Below are positions 49,059 through 58,268 of a stretch of 64,000 nt of DNA, in pieces. This DNA is from an uncultured Clostridia bacterium (lineage in GTDB: Bacteria > Bacillota > Clostridia > Oscillospirales > SIG627). The stretch's first letter is position 1, and every line of letters starts with the position of its first letter. The notes beneath the pieces are model-generated. The model worked only from the letters and a program-made list of their open reading frames with translations, was not told the origin of the DNA and did no database searches. The stretch covers positions 22,602 to 86,601 of the forward strand of contig CANQBV010000005.1 in assembly GCA_947589595.1 (NCBI GenBank), read 5' to 3'. Position numbers and translations under genes: made by a program.

Positions 49059-49325
49059 ATGACAGGTTTGCCTGCATGGTTTGTGGTTCTTATGGGAATC
49101 GGAACCGTTTTTATTGGTTTATTTTTTATTATTATACTTTGCAATGGGATCAGCTTCTTTTTTAAGGAAACGGAGCCGAAAACTGCAGAGGGAAATAAAA
49201 GCGCCGCGGGCGAAGCGCCGTTTCAGAATCGCGGCGAAGTGACTGCCGCCATCTGCGCCGCAATTGCGGAAGAAAACGGTACCGATAGGCAAGGAATCAA
49301 AATTTTATCGATTAAAAAGTGCTAA
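49059..49325 (+). CDS. Na+-translocating decarboxylase gamma/delta subunit (OadG family)
   Basis: MGIGTVFIGL TM, AAICAAIA, IKILSIKK. Confidence 0.82.
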   Translation: MTGLPAWFVVLMGIGTVFIGLFFIIILCNGISFFFKETEPKTAEGNKSAAGEAPFQNRGEVTAAICAAIAEENGTDRQGIKILSIKKC

Positions 49326-49337
49326 GGAGTTACCACT

Positions 49338-49682
49338 ATGAAAAAATACAAAGTGAATGTAAACGGAACTGTTTACGAAGTTGAAATTGAATTGATGGAT
49401 GAAAATGCGGTTTCCTCTGCCTCTGCAGCTCCCGCCGCCTCTGCGCCGGTACAAACCGATACTGCCGCGGGCGAAGCCGTTTCCGCGCCGATGCCGGGCA
49501 CGATTTTAGCGGTCAATGCCACTGCCGGTCAGGACGTCAAAAAGGGAGACGTTCTTTTTATACTGGAAGCTATGAAAATGGAAAACGAGATCATGGCGCC
49601 GCGTGACGGGAAAGTGAGCGCCGTAAATGTCGCCAAAGGCGCAGCCGTGGAATCCGGCACGGTTCTCTGCTCGATTGCCTGA
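49338..49682 (+). CDS. Biotin carboxyl carrier subunit
   Basis: [11 protein letters not shown], Ala/Pro linker, LEAMKME. Confidence 0.93.
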   Translation: MKKYKVNVNGTVYEVEIELMDENAVSSASAAPAASAPVQTDTAAGEAVSAPMPGTILAVNATAGQDVKKGDVLFILEAMKMENEIMAPRDGKVSAVNVAKGAAVESGTVLCSIA

Positions 49683-49696
49683 TGCGGAGAAAAATT

Positions 49697-51352
49697 ATGA
49701 ACACTCTCATCAAAAAAATTGCTGTGTTTCTGCTGCTGGCAACGGTACTGTTTTCGGTGTTGGCAGTTTCCTCTTTTGCCGCAGAAATCCCCGATCCGGT
49801 TTCTATTTCCTCAGCCGAAATTCTGGAAGAAGACGGCGCTGCGAATCTGGTTATCGTATTAAAAAACAACACCTCTCAGGCGCTTTCCGGGATATATTTG
49901 TTTCTTGATCCGGTAGAAGCAGATGAAATTTTGTTTGACACATCCAGCGTATTGTATGATAACAATCAGGAAGAAGTCATTGTTGCCGGCGTATCGGCTC
50001 TTGCCGCGTATGACAGCGCAACCTTTATTTTCCCGATTGTTTCGTACACTGATCCGCACGCAAAGGTCAATTGCGAAATCCAGTTTACATATGACAGCGA
50101 AGTTTACGGCGGCCTTTCTTATAATGAAAACAACGTTGTTGATTTGGTCTTGGAAGATATCCTGACAGAAAAAACCGTTGGGATGGGACAGGCGATTATG
50201 AACTTCCTGAAGCAGACAGGCGCTTACCTGGTTGTGCAGAACTGGAAGGTTCTGGTAATGCTGCTCATCTCCTTTGGGTTGATCTACCTTGCAATTGTGA
50301 AAAAATTTGAGCCGCTGCTTCTTTTACCGATCGCCTTTGGCATGCTGCTTACCAATTTGCCCGGTGCGAACATGTTCCACGAAGAGTTGTTTGCCGAAGG
50401 ACACGTTCATTGGGATCTTTTCACCTCCGTGGGAGCAGGGCTGATTGACTATTTATATTTGGGCGTCAAGCTTGGGATTTATCCTTGCCTGATCTTCCTT
50501 GGGATCGGCGCAATGACCGATTTTGGCCCTCTGATCGCCAATCCGAAGAGTCTCCTTCTCGGAGCGGCGGCACAGATTGGTATTTTTGTAACCTTTCTCG
50601 GCGCTTCTGCGCTTGGATTTACCTCCGGGGAGGCCGGAGCGATCGGCATCATCGGCGGAGCGGACGGGCCCACTGCAATTTTTGTAACCTCCGCATTGGC
50701 AGCTCACCTTTTGGGGCCGATCGCCGTGGCCGCATACTCCTATATGGCGCTGGTACCCTTTATTCAGCCGCCGATCATGCGTCTTTTGACCACGAAAAAG
50801 GAACGCCGAATCGTGATGAAGGAACTGCGTCCGGTTTCGAAAAAAGAAAAGATTCTTTTTCCCATCGCCGTGACCGTTCTGGTCGCGCTGATTGTTCCTT
50901 CCGCAACCCCGTTGGTCGGGTGTCTGATGCTCGGAAACCTTATGAAGGAAAGCGGCGTTGTAGATCGTATCAGCAAAACTGCGCAAAATGAGCTCATGAA
51001 CATCGTAACCATTTTCCTTGGAATTTCCGTAGGTGCGACAGCGACTGCCGACGCCTTCCTTTCCTGGTCAACGATCAAAATCATGGTCATGGGCGTCATT
51101 GCTTTTGCCATCGGAACTGCAGGCGGCGTTTTGCTGGCGAAATTTATGAATTTGTTCCTGAAAAATAAGATCAATCCGCTGATCGGTTCCGCCGGTGTTT
51201 CCGCAGTACCGATGGCCGCGCGTGTTTCGCAAGCGGAAGGCCAGAAAGAAGATCCTTCGAATTTCCTGTTGATGCATGCCATGGGGCCGAACGTTGCCGG
51301 CGTAATCGGTTCTGCAATTGCAGCAGGCGTTTTGATCGCGCTGTTTGGATAA
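49697..51352 (+). CDS. oadB: Na+-translocating decarboxylase beta subunit with extra N-terminal extracellular domain
   Basis: [47 protein letters not shown]. Confidence 0.9.
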   Translation: MNTLIKKIAVFLLLATVLFSVLAVSSFAAEIPDPVSISSAEILEEDGAANLVIVLKNNTSQALSGIYLFLDPVEADEILFDTSSVLYDNNQEEVIVAGVSALAAYDSATFIFPIVSYTDPHAKVNCEIQFTYDSEVYGGLSYNENNVVDLVLEDILTEKTVGMGQAIMNFLKQTGAYLVVQNWKVLVMLLISFGLIYLAIVKKFEPLLLLPIAFGMLLTNLPGANMFHEELFAEGHVHWDLFTSVGAGLIDYLYLGVKLGIYPCLIFLGIGAMTDFGPLIANPKSLLLGAAAQIGIFVTFLGASALGFTSGEAGAIGIIGGADGPTAIFVTSALAAHLLGPIAVAAYSYMALVPFIQPPIMRLLTTKKERRIVMKELRPVSKKEKILFPIAVTVLVALIVPSATPLVGCLMLGNLMKESGVVDRISKTAQNELMNIVTIFLGISVGATATADAFLSWSTIKIMVMGVIAFAIGTAGGVLLAKFMNLFLKNKINPLIGSAGVSAVPMAARVSQAEGQKEDPSNFLLMHAMGPNVAGVIGSAIAAGVLIALFG

Positions 51353-51364
51353 AGAGAGGAAAAA

Positions 51365-52789
51365 ATGTCAAAATTACAAATTACGGATACCATTTTGCGT
51401 GACGCTCACCAATCGCAGGCGGCAACGCGCATGAAAATTGAAGATATGCTGCCGGCGTGTGAAGTGCTGGACAGTATTGGTTACTGGTCGCTGGAGTGCT
51501 GGGGCGGCGCTACGTTCGACGCTTGCATGCGCTTTTTGAACGAAGATCCCTGGGAGCGGCTTCGCACGCTCCGGAAAGCGCTGCCGAATACAAAACTGCA
51601 GATGCTTTTCCGCGGGCAGAATATACTGGGCTATAAGCATTACGCCGATGACGTGGTGGATGCGTTTGTTCGCAAATCGATCGAAAACGGAATCGATGTT
51701 GTCCGTATTTTCGATGCGCTCAATGATACACGCAATTTAAAGCAAGCGATCGATTCCGCCAAGCGCTACGGCGGAATCTGCGAGGTCGCAATCAGCTATA
51801 CCACCAGTCCTGTGCACAACAAAGCCTACTTTTTAGAGCTTGCTAAAAAGCTGGAGGAAATGGGCGCAGACGTGATTTGCATAAAAGACATGGCAAACCT
51901 TTTGCTGCCGTATGATGCGTTTGACTTGGTAAAAGCGCTCAAGCAAACGGTTTCCTGCCCCATTCATCTGCACACGCATAACACCACCGGCACCGGCGAT
52001 ATGACCTATCTCATGGCGTCGCAGGCGGGAGTGGATATTGTGGACTGTGCGCTCTCTCCGTTTGCTAACGGCACTTCCCAACCGGCAACGGAATCGCTGG
52101 TGGCAACCCTGAAGGGTACCGAGCGCGACACCGGGCTGGATCTGGAAAAGCTGGCAAGCGCCGCTGCGCATTTCCGCAAAGTGGCCGAGAAAATGAAAGA
52201 AGAAAAAATACTCGATCCGAAGGTTTTGAACGTTGACACCAAAACGCTGCTCTATCAGGTGCCGGGCGGGATGCTTTCCAATTTGATTTCGCAGTTAAAG
52301 CAGCAAAACGCCGAGGATAAATATTATGATGTGCTTTCGGAAATTCCAAATGTAAGAAAGGATTTCGGCTTTCCGCCGCTTGTGACGCCAACTAGTCAGA
52401 TTGTAGGCACGCAGGCTGTTTTAAATGTGCTTGCCGGCGAACGTTATCGCATGGTGACCAAAGAATCCAAAGCGCTTTTGCGAGGAGAATACGGTCAGCT
52501 TCCCGCGCCTGTGAACGAAGAAGTCCGCAAAAAAGCCATTGGGGATGCGGAGGTTATCACCTGCCGCCCTGCTGATCTTTTGGAGCCGGAGCTTGAAAAG
52601 TACAAAGCCGAAGCCGGAGATCTGGCAAAGTGTGAGGAAGACGTTCTATCCTATGCTCTGTTTCCGCAGGTTGCTTCCAAGTTTTTAGCGGAACGAAACG
52701 CTGCAAAAATCGCTGAGCCTGTGAAAAACACTGGTGAAGATTCGAATGCGGTAAAAGAGCTTTTTGTTCTCGACTGTACACAGAATTAA
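51365..52789 (+). CDS. oadA: Oxaloacetate decarboxylase alpha-type carboxyltransferase (no biotinyl domain)
   Basis: RDAHQS, ECWGGATFD, IKDM, HTH, QVPGGM, PLVTPTSQIVG. Confidence 0.9.
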   Translation: MSKLQITDTILRDAHQSQAATRMKIEDMLPACEVLDSIGYWSLECWGGATFDACMRFLNEDPWERLRTLRKALPNTKLQMLFRGQNILGYKHYADDVVDAFVRKSIENGIDVVRIFDALNDTRNLKQAIDSAKRYGGICEVAISYTTSPVHNKAYFLELAKKLEEMGADVICIKDMANLLLPYDAFDLVKALKQTVSCPIHLHTHNTTGTGDMTYLMASQAGVDIVDCALSPFANGTSQPATESLVATLKGTERDTGLDLEKLASAAAHFRKVAEKMKEEKILDPKVLNVDTKTLLYQVPGGMLSNLISQLKQQNAEDKYYDVLSEIPNVRKDFGFPPLVTPTSQIVGTQAVLNVLAGERYRMVTKESKALLRGEYGQLPAPVNEEVRKKAIGDAEVITCRPADLLEPELEKYKAEAGDLAKCEEDVLSYALFPQVASKFLAERNAAKIAEPVKNTGEDSNAVKELFVLDCTQN

Positions 52790-52801
52790 CATTTTTAACC
52801 G

Positions 52802-52831
52802 AAAAATCTCTGCCGGTTGGCAGAGATTTTT
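52802..52831 (+). terminator. Intrinsic terminator
   Basis: AAAAATCTCTGCC/GGCAGAGATTTTT. Confidence 0.85.
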
Positions 52832-52982
52832 TCTAGTTATAAAGAATAATCGATAGGATCGAAATGAAAAATTCACTTTTTATTAAAAATGCATACATAA
52901 AAAGTTAATATTTTCCAACCCAATTCCACTATACTATTATTAGGTACAAAAATAAACATTTTGATAATAATAAGGAGCCTCA

Positions 52983-54545
52983 ATGAAAATCTGTTTTAGA
53001 AAAATCGCCTTTTTCTTAGCTGTTATTATCTGCCTGCCAATGGTGTTTTCTGCTTGTTCTCAGCAAGGGATCGATGCCGAAGCTGTGTGGAATGCAATTA
53101 TGCAGGAAGTTTCATTTGACGATGAATTGAAAAACGCAGAAGCTTCTTCGCAGCTCTATTTTTCCGATCTTCCGGAAGGAGCAGAGGTGCTTTTGTATCT
53201 GGGAAGCGGCTACCACGCAGACGAGGTGTGCCGTATCACCCTCAAGCAGGAGTCGGATTCCGAAAAGGCAATGCAAAGCGTTCATCAGCACCTGATCGAA
53301 TTGCGCAGCAATTTTGCAAATTATATTCCGGAAGAAGTCGATAAGATCAATCACGCGGTGATTTATCAGAATGGCGTTTATATTTTCATTTGTGTAACCA
53401 ACGATTATCAAAATGCCGCCGCCGTTATCGAAAAAGCGGCAAAAGCCCCTTCCACGTATCTTCCCGGTAATGATCCTTCAGAGACCGCCGACTCAAACAA
53501 TCCCTTACCGGTTCCGACAAGCAGCGACACAGATGAACCCCTGACGCAAACCGAAGACGACCCTTATGCGTTCCTCTATATCCCCGGCGAAGACTTGGAA
53601 TTAAATGGCCGCGGCTATCCGAAGCTTATAAGCAAAAGCGACGCCATTCAAAATTACGGAGTCGTGTTCCGCGTGGATAATGCCGCTTATGAAGATTTCC
53701 ACTTTGGGGAAACGACGGCTGCAAACTATGCTGCTGTTATCAACCGCGCCGCGGAGGCGCTTTCCGGTTCAACACAGGTTTACAGTATCGCCATTCCCAC
53801 CTCTTATGGAGTCACTCTGCCGGATAATATTGTTTCCGGTATGGCGAATTACTCAGATCAGTATGCCGGTCTGCAGAAGCTTTTTTCCAATTTTGCCGAT
53901 GAAGTGAAAGTTGTCGACGTTTACCCGGCGCTGATGGCACACCGCAATGAGTATATCTATTTCCGGACAGATCACCACTGGACGGCGCTGGGCGCCTATT
54001 ACGGCTACGCTTCTTTTTGTAAGGCAAAAGGGATTTCCTATATTCCCCTCTCCGAGCACCGCTCTGTGACATTTGACAATTTTCTCGGGACCTTTTATGC
54101 AAATCATTCCGGGAAAGATGCGCTTCTTTCCGCTACGCCGGATCATGTTGACGCCTATTATCCGATCAGTCCAAACGCCAGCATGACCTTTACCGATAAA
54201 AATGGAAACACTTACAACTGGAATATTATAAACGACGTTTCCGGCTATTCTTCCGGCACAAAATACAGCACCTTTGCCGCTGCTGACAACCCGTATTCCG
54301 TTCTTAAAAATCCGGATGTCTCCGGCGGAACCTGCATTGTGGTAAAGGATTCCTATGCCAATGCGATGCTTCCCTTTTTGATCGACCACTACAGCACAAT
54401 TTACGAAATCGATTTTCGCTATTGGAACGGCGATCTTGTGGAACTTGCAAATCAAGTCTCCGCGGACGATCTGATCTTTGTCAACAATCTTATGACAATC
54501 TGCACCAGCACGCAGGTGGGAAGGCTCGACGCGATCGTCAAATAA
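52983..54545 (+). CDS. Lipoprotein, DUF4358-like N-domain fused to a DHHW (AlgX/AlgJ-like) domain
   Basis: FSAC lipobox; FANYIPEE; YFRTDHHWT..GAY; KDSYAN. Confidence 0.8.
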   Translation: MKICFRKIAFFLAVIICLPMVFSACSQQGIDAEAVWNAIMQEVSFDDELKNAEASSQLYFSDLPEGAEVLLYLGSGYHADEVCRITLKQESDSEKAMQSVHQHLIELRSNFANYIPEEVDKINHAVIYQNGVYIFICVTNDYQNAAAVIEKAAKAPSTYLPGNDPSETADSNNPLPVPTSSDTDEPLTQTEDDPYAFLYIPGEDLELNGRGYPKLISKSDAIQNYGVVFRVDNAAYEDFHFGETTAANYAAVINRAAEALSGSTQVYSIAIPTSYGVTLPDNIVSGMANYSDQYAGLQKLFSNFADEVKVVDVYPALMAHRNEYIYFRTDHHWTALGAYYGYASFCKAKGISYIPLSEHRSVTFDNFLGTFYANHSGKDALLSATPDHVDAYYPISPNASMTFTDKNGNTYNWNIINDVSGYSSGTKYSTFAAADNPYSVLKNPDVSGGTCIVVKDSYANAMLPFLIDHYSTIYEIDFRYWNGDLVELANQVSADDLIFVNNLMTICTSTQVGRLDAIVK

Positions 54546-54569
54546 ATTTCAACGAACTGAGGACATAGC

Positions 54570-55973
54570 ATGGTTTTCAGCAGTTTATTGTTTCTTTTTT
54601 TGTTTTTGCCCGTCACCTTTCTTTTATATTGTCTGGCGCCGAAAAAACTGAAAAATCTGGTTTTATTGATTTTCAGCCTGATTTTCTATGCCTGGGGCGA
54701 ACCTCTGCATATTTTTATCATGCTGATCACAACCGTTTATATTTACTTTTTCGGTCGCTTTATGGAAAGGTGCGAGCTGAACGGAAAAATCAAAACAAAA
54801 AAATTCCTGCTCATACTGACACTGCTTCTTAGCCTCGGGACGCTTGCGTTTTATAAATATACGGGCTTTGTTGTTTCCAATTTACCGTTTTTAAAGCACA
54901 CCTCTCTTTCCGTGTTCAGCCCCGCACTGCCGGTTGGAATTTCGTTTTACACGTTTCAGTCGCTTTCTTATGTGATCGACGTCTATCGCGGTTCAGTAAA
55001 GGCACAGAAAAACTGGATTTGCTTTGCCATGTATATCAGTCTGTTCCCGCAACTGATCGCCGGGCCGATCGTGCGCTATGGCGATATAGAAATGCAATTG
55101 GAAAACCACCCCATGTCCTGGGAAAAGCTTTCCGCGGGAATCCAGCGTTTTCTGATCGGGCTGGCAAAGAAAATTCTTCTGGCCAATCAGATTGGGGCTT
55201 TGTGGGAAGAGATCAGCCAAAGCGGCGAGCTGACGCTTCTTTCGGCGTGGCTTGGCGTGATTGCCTTTGCTTTCCAGATTTATTTTGATTTCTCCGCCTA
55301 TTCGGATATGGCGATCGGCCTGGGAAGTATGTTTGGCTTTACTTTCCCCGAAAACTTCCGTTACCCTTATATGTCCAAAAGTATTACGGAATTCTGGCGG
55401 CGTTGGCATATCACGCTGAGCACCTGGTTCCGTGAATATGTATATATTCCACTCGGCGGCAATCGAAAAGGTGTTTTCCGGCAAATTTTGAATTTAGGCG
55501 TTGTTTGGGCGCTGACAGGACTTTGGCACGGTGCGGATTGGCGGTTTCTGATTTGGGGGCTGTATTTCTTTGTGATTCTCGTTCTGGAAAAGTTTGTTTT
55601 CCGGCATCTTACCAGGCTTCCGTCAGTTTTGCAGCATCTGTACGCTTTGCTTTTGATCTTGTTGGGCTGGGTCGTTTTTGCCTGCGAAAGCACGGAGCAA
55701 ACGTTTCATTTTTATAAAGCCATGCTGGGAATCGGAACGGCTGTTTCTTCGCCCGCTTCCCTCTTTTTACTGACTGAAAATCTCTTGTTGCTTCTGATTC
55801 TGGCAGTCGGCTGCACGAATCTTCCTTTCCGCTTTGCCGGATTTCTGAAAAAGAAACTTCCCGAAAAAGGCTTTGCCGTATTATCGCTTGCTTTTTCTTT
55901 GGGGGTACTTGTGATCAGCATTTCTTTTTTAGTAGCTGACTCTTATAATCCATTTTTATATTTCAGGTTTTAA
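54570..55973 (+). CDS. MBOAT O-acyltransferase (AlgI-like)
   Basis: MVFSS, PVGISFYTFQ, FPQLIAGPI, EFWRRWH, GLWHGA, YNPFLYFRF. Confidence 0.93.
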   Translation: MVFSSLLFLFLFLPVTFLLYCLAPKKLKNLVLLIFSLIFYAWGEPLHIFIMLITTVYIYFFGRFMERCELNGKIKTKKFLLILTLLLSLGTLAFYKYTGFVVSNLPFLKHTSLSVFSPALPVGISFYTFQSLSYVIDVYRGSVKAQKNWICFAMYISLFPQLIAGPIVRYGDIEMQLENHPMSWEKLSAGIQRFLIGLAKKILLANQIGALWEEISQSGELTLLSAWLGVIAFAFQIYFDFSAYSDMAIGLGSMFGFTFPENFRYPYMSKSITEFWRRWHITLSTWFREYVYIPLGGNRKGVFRQILNLGVVWALTGLWHGADWRFLIWGLYFFVILVLEKFVFRHLTRLPSVLQHLYALLLILLGWVVFACESTEQTFHFYKAMLGIGTAVSSPASLFLLTENLLLLLILAVGCTNLPFRFAGFLKKKLPEKGFAVLSLAFSLGVLVISISFLVADSYNPFLYFRF

Positions 55974-55982
55974 GGAGACGGC

Positions 55983-57110
55983 ATGAAAAAAATACAAATC
56001 ACGGGCGTCTTGCTTTTCTTTGCCGTTCTGATCGGCTTTGGGACCTGGCTGGTACTCTTGCGCGATATCGAATTTTCCGAAACGGAAAACCGTTATTTGG
56101 CACAAAAGCCCGCATTTTCTGTTCAGACCATTCTTTCAGGCGACTTTCAGAAAGGTTTGTCCGACTATTTGAGCGACCAAATTCCGCTGCGCAATTTTTG
56201 GATGCAGTGGAATACACAAATAAAAAAGGCGCTCGGAAAAAAAGAGATCAACGGTGTTTATTTGGGTGAGGATTCATATTATTTTGAAAAATTCACCGAT
56301 TCTTCTTATTCCCTTTCCCGTTTGCAATCTGTTTTTTCCGCTATGGATACCATGGCGGAAACCGAAGGTATTCCCTGTTCGGTGCTGCTGGTGCCGACTC
56401 CGGGAATCGTACTTTCCGAAAAGCTGCCCCGTGGCGCTGAACTGTATGATCCCGATATCATTCATGCGGAAGCAAAACGCCTTTTGAAGCACTGCGATTG
56501 GATCGATATCAAAAAACCACTTGCTGCTTCCGAGGAACAGGTTTTCTATCGCACCGATCACCATTGGACAAATTCCGGTGCGTATCTGGCCTACCGTGAG
56601 TTTTGCTTTGCCAATGATCTTGCGCCGCGCGCTTATGCAGATTTCGACCCACAAACTGTTTCCGAAAATTTTCTCGGCACGCTCCATTCGAAGATCATTG
56701 ATCCTGCCGCTGTTCCCGATTCGATTGCAGCGCCGCAGAATTTGCCGAAAGTCAATATTTTGTTTGAAGACGGCAGCAGCTCCGACTCGCCGTATTTTCC
56801 TGAAAAGCTGCAAACAAAGGATCAGTACGCCTACTTTTTCGGCGGAAATCAGGGGCGGATTCAAATTGAAACGGAAAATCATAACGGAAAAAGGATTTTA
56901 ATTTTCAAGGATTCCTTTGCCAATAGCTTTGTTCCCTATCTTTTTTCCGAATATGAAACGATCTGCATGATCGATTTGCGTTATTACAGCGGAAATATCC
57001 GTGAATTGTTTTCTGAGAATTCTTTTGATGAAGTTCTGTTTTTATATGAAACCTCCAATTTTGTCACCGATACCGGTATTTTAAAATTGGCAAGGAAATA
57101 TTTGCCGTAA
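55983..57110 (+). CDS. DHHW family protein
   Basis: FSETENR.LA, YRTDHHWT, KDSFAN, IDLRYY. Confidence 0.88.
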   Translation: MKKIQITGVLLFFAVLIGFGTWLVLLRDIEFSETENRYLAQKPAFSVQTILSGDFQKGLSDYLSDQIPLRNFWMQWNTQIKKALGKKEINGVYLGEDSYYFEKFTDSSYSLSRLQSVFSAMDTMAETEGIPCSVLLVPTPGIVLSEKLPRGAELYDPDIIHAEAKRLLKHCDWIDIKKPLAASEEQVFYRTDHHWTNSGAYLAYREFCFANDLAPRAYADFDPQTVSENFLGTLHSKIIDPAAVPDSIAAPQNLPKVNILFEDGSSSDSPYFPEKLQTKDQYAYFFGGNQGRIQIETENHNGKRILIFKDSFANSFVPYLFSEYETICMIDLRYYSGNIRELFSENSFDEVLFLYETSNFVTDTGILKLARKYLP

Positions 57111-57125
57111 ATTTATCCAGAGGTC

Positions 57126-57154
57126 TTGACGAAATTTGAAATAAACTGTATACT
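57126..57154 (+). promoter_or_regulatory. sigma-A promoter
   Basis: TTGACG-N17-TATACT. Confidence 0.75.
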
Positions 57155-57176
57155 GGAAAAAACTGAATCGTGCAAG

Positions 57177-57335
57177 AAAATACGGTTTCAAAAGTTGTAA
57201 GCTGAGTAAAGTAATTGGAAATCCGGTTCAAATCCGGAACAACCACCATTCCTGTATTTGTGAAGCGTCTTTCGGGAATTTTTTCGAAAGGTTTTTCTGT
57301 AGTTTTCTGCAGATCATTAGTCAGGCCCCTTCCGT
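57177..57335 (+). ncRNA. Cobalamin riboswitch (variant)
   Basis: GGAAATCCGGTTCAAATCCGGAAC..CC..CTGTA core, B12-box AGTCAGG; upstream of B12-uptake genes. Confidence 0.7.
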
Positions 57336-57366
57336 ATTTTCAGGTTTGTCACATGCTTTTGGTGTG

Positions 57367-57425
57367 AAGAGTGCAACCGATCAAAGGCTTCAATCGGCTT
57401 TTGAGCTTGCGCTCTTTTTGTTTTT
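57367..57425 (+). terminator. Riboswitch expression-platform terminator
   Basis: AAGAGTGCAA/TTGCGCTCTT stem with long U tract before the first RBS. Confidence 0.65.
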
Positions 57426-57449
57426 GTTTAAAAGAAAAGAGGACAAACA

Positions 57450-58268
57450 ATGAAAAAACTACTGGCTCTTTCTTTCTCACTTCTCATGGCACTTGCACTT
57501 CTCAGCTTTTTTGTATCTGCCGCCGGAGGCCGTACCGAAGTATGGGTTACCATTGCGGACGAAAACGGAAAATTAGCATTGGTACAGGAAAAAATCACCG
57601 TTTCCGACGTGGATGGGGACGGCGCGCTGACGATCAACGACGCGCTGTATCTTGCCCACGAAGCAAAATTTGAAGGCGGCGCCAAGGCCGGATATTCGTT
57701 TTCTACAACCGCTTTCGGTGTTTCGCTGGAGAAACTTTGGGGCGTTGCCAACGGCGGCAGCTTTGGTTACTGTGTGAATAACAAATCAGCATGGAGCCTT
57801 TTGGATCCGGTTCAGAACGGAGATTTTATCAATGCCTATATTTATACCGATCTGACAACCTGGTCCGATACCTATTGCTATTTTGATGTTCAATCGGTAA
57901 AGGCAAATGCCGGAGAGAAAATTACGCTTACTCTTTTCGCGTCCGTTTATGATACGAATCTCGGTGACATGGCGGTAGTGCCGGTGAAGGATGCGATCCT
58001 CACGCTGAACGGAGAGCGGACAAATTTCAAAACTGACAGCGAAGGAAAAGTTACCTTCACCATCGCTTCTGACGGTGAATATGTAATCAGCGCCGCTTCC
58101 GATTCACAAATCCTGGTACCTCCCGCCTGCACTGCCACGATTTTGGCTATCGAGTCTCCTCAAACCGGCGATAACGCCTTTCTATGGATTCCGACGCTTC
58201 TGATTGAACTGTCTTTTATTGGGGGGATGATATGCTTTATCGGGAAGAAATCAAAAGAAAATGAATAA
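57450..58268 (+). CDS. Secreted, probably sortase-anchored protein (DUF4430-like + Ig-like domains)
   Basis: Signal peptide; KLWG..FGYCVNN..VQNGD; SPQTGD + TM + basic tail. Confidence 0.7.
   Translation: MKKLLALSFSLLMALALLSFFVSAAGGRTEVWVTIADENGKLALVQEKITVSDVDGDGALTINDALYLAHEAKFEGGAKAGYSFSTTAFGVSLEKLWGVANGGSFGYCVNNKSAWSLLDPVQNGDFINAYIYTDLTTWSDTYCYFDVQSVKANAGEKITLTLFASVYDTNLGDMAVVPVKDAILTLNGERTNFKTDSEGKVTFTIASDGEYVISAASDSQILVPPACTATILAIESPQTGDNAFLWIPTLLIELSFIGGMICFIGKKSKENE

Noticed and set aside
52906-52940. Possible sigma-G-like promoter before the DHHW/MBOAT cluster
   Set aside because: Both boxes mismatch and spacing is off
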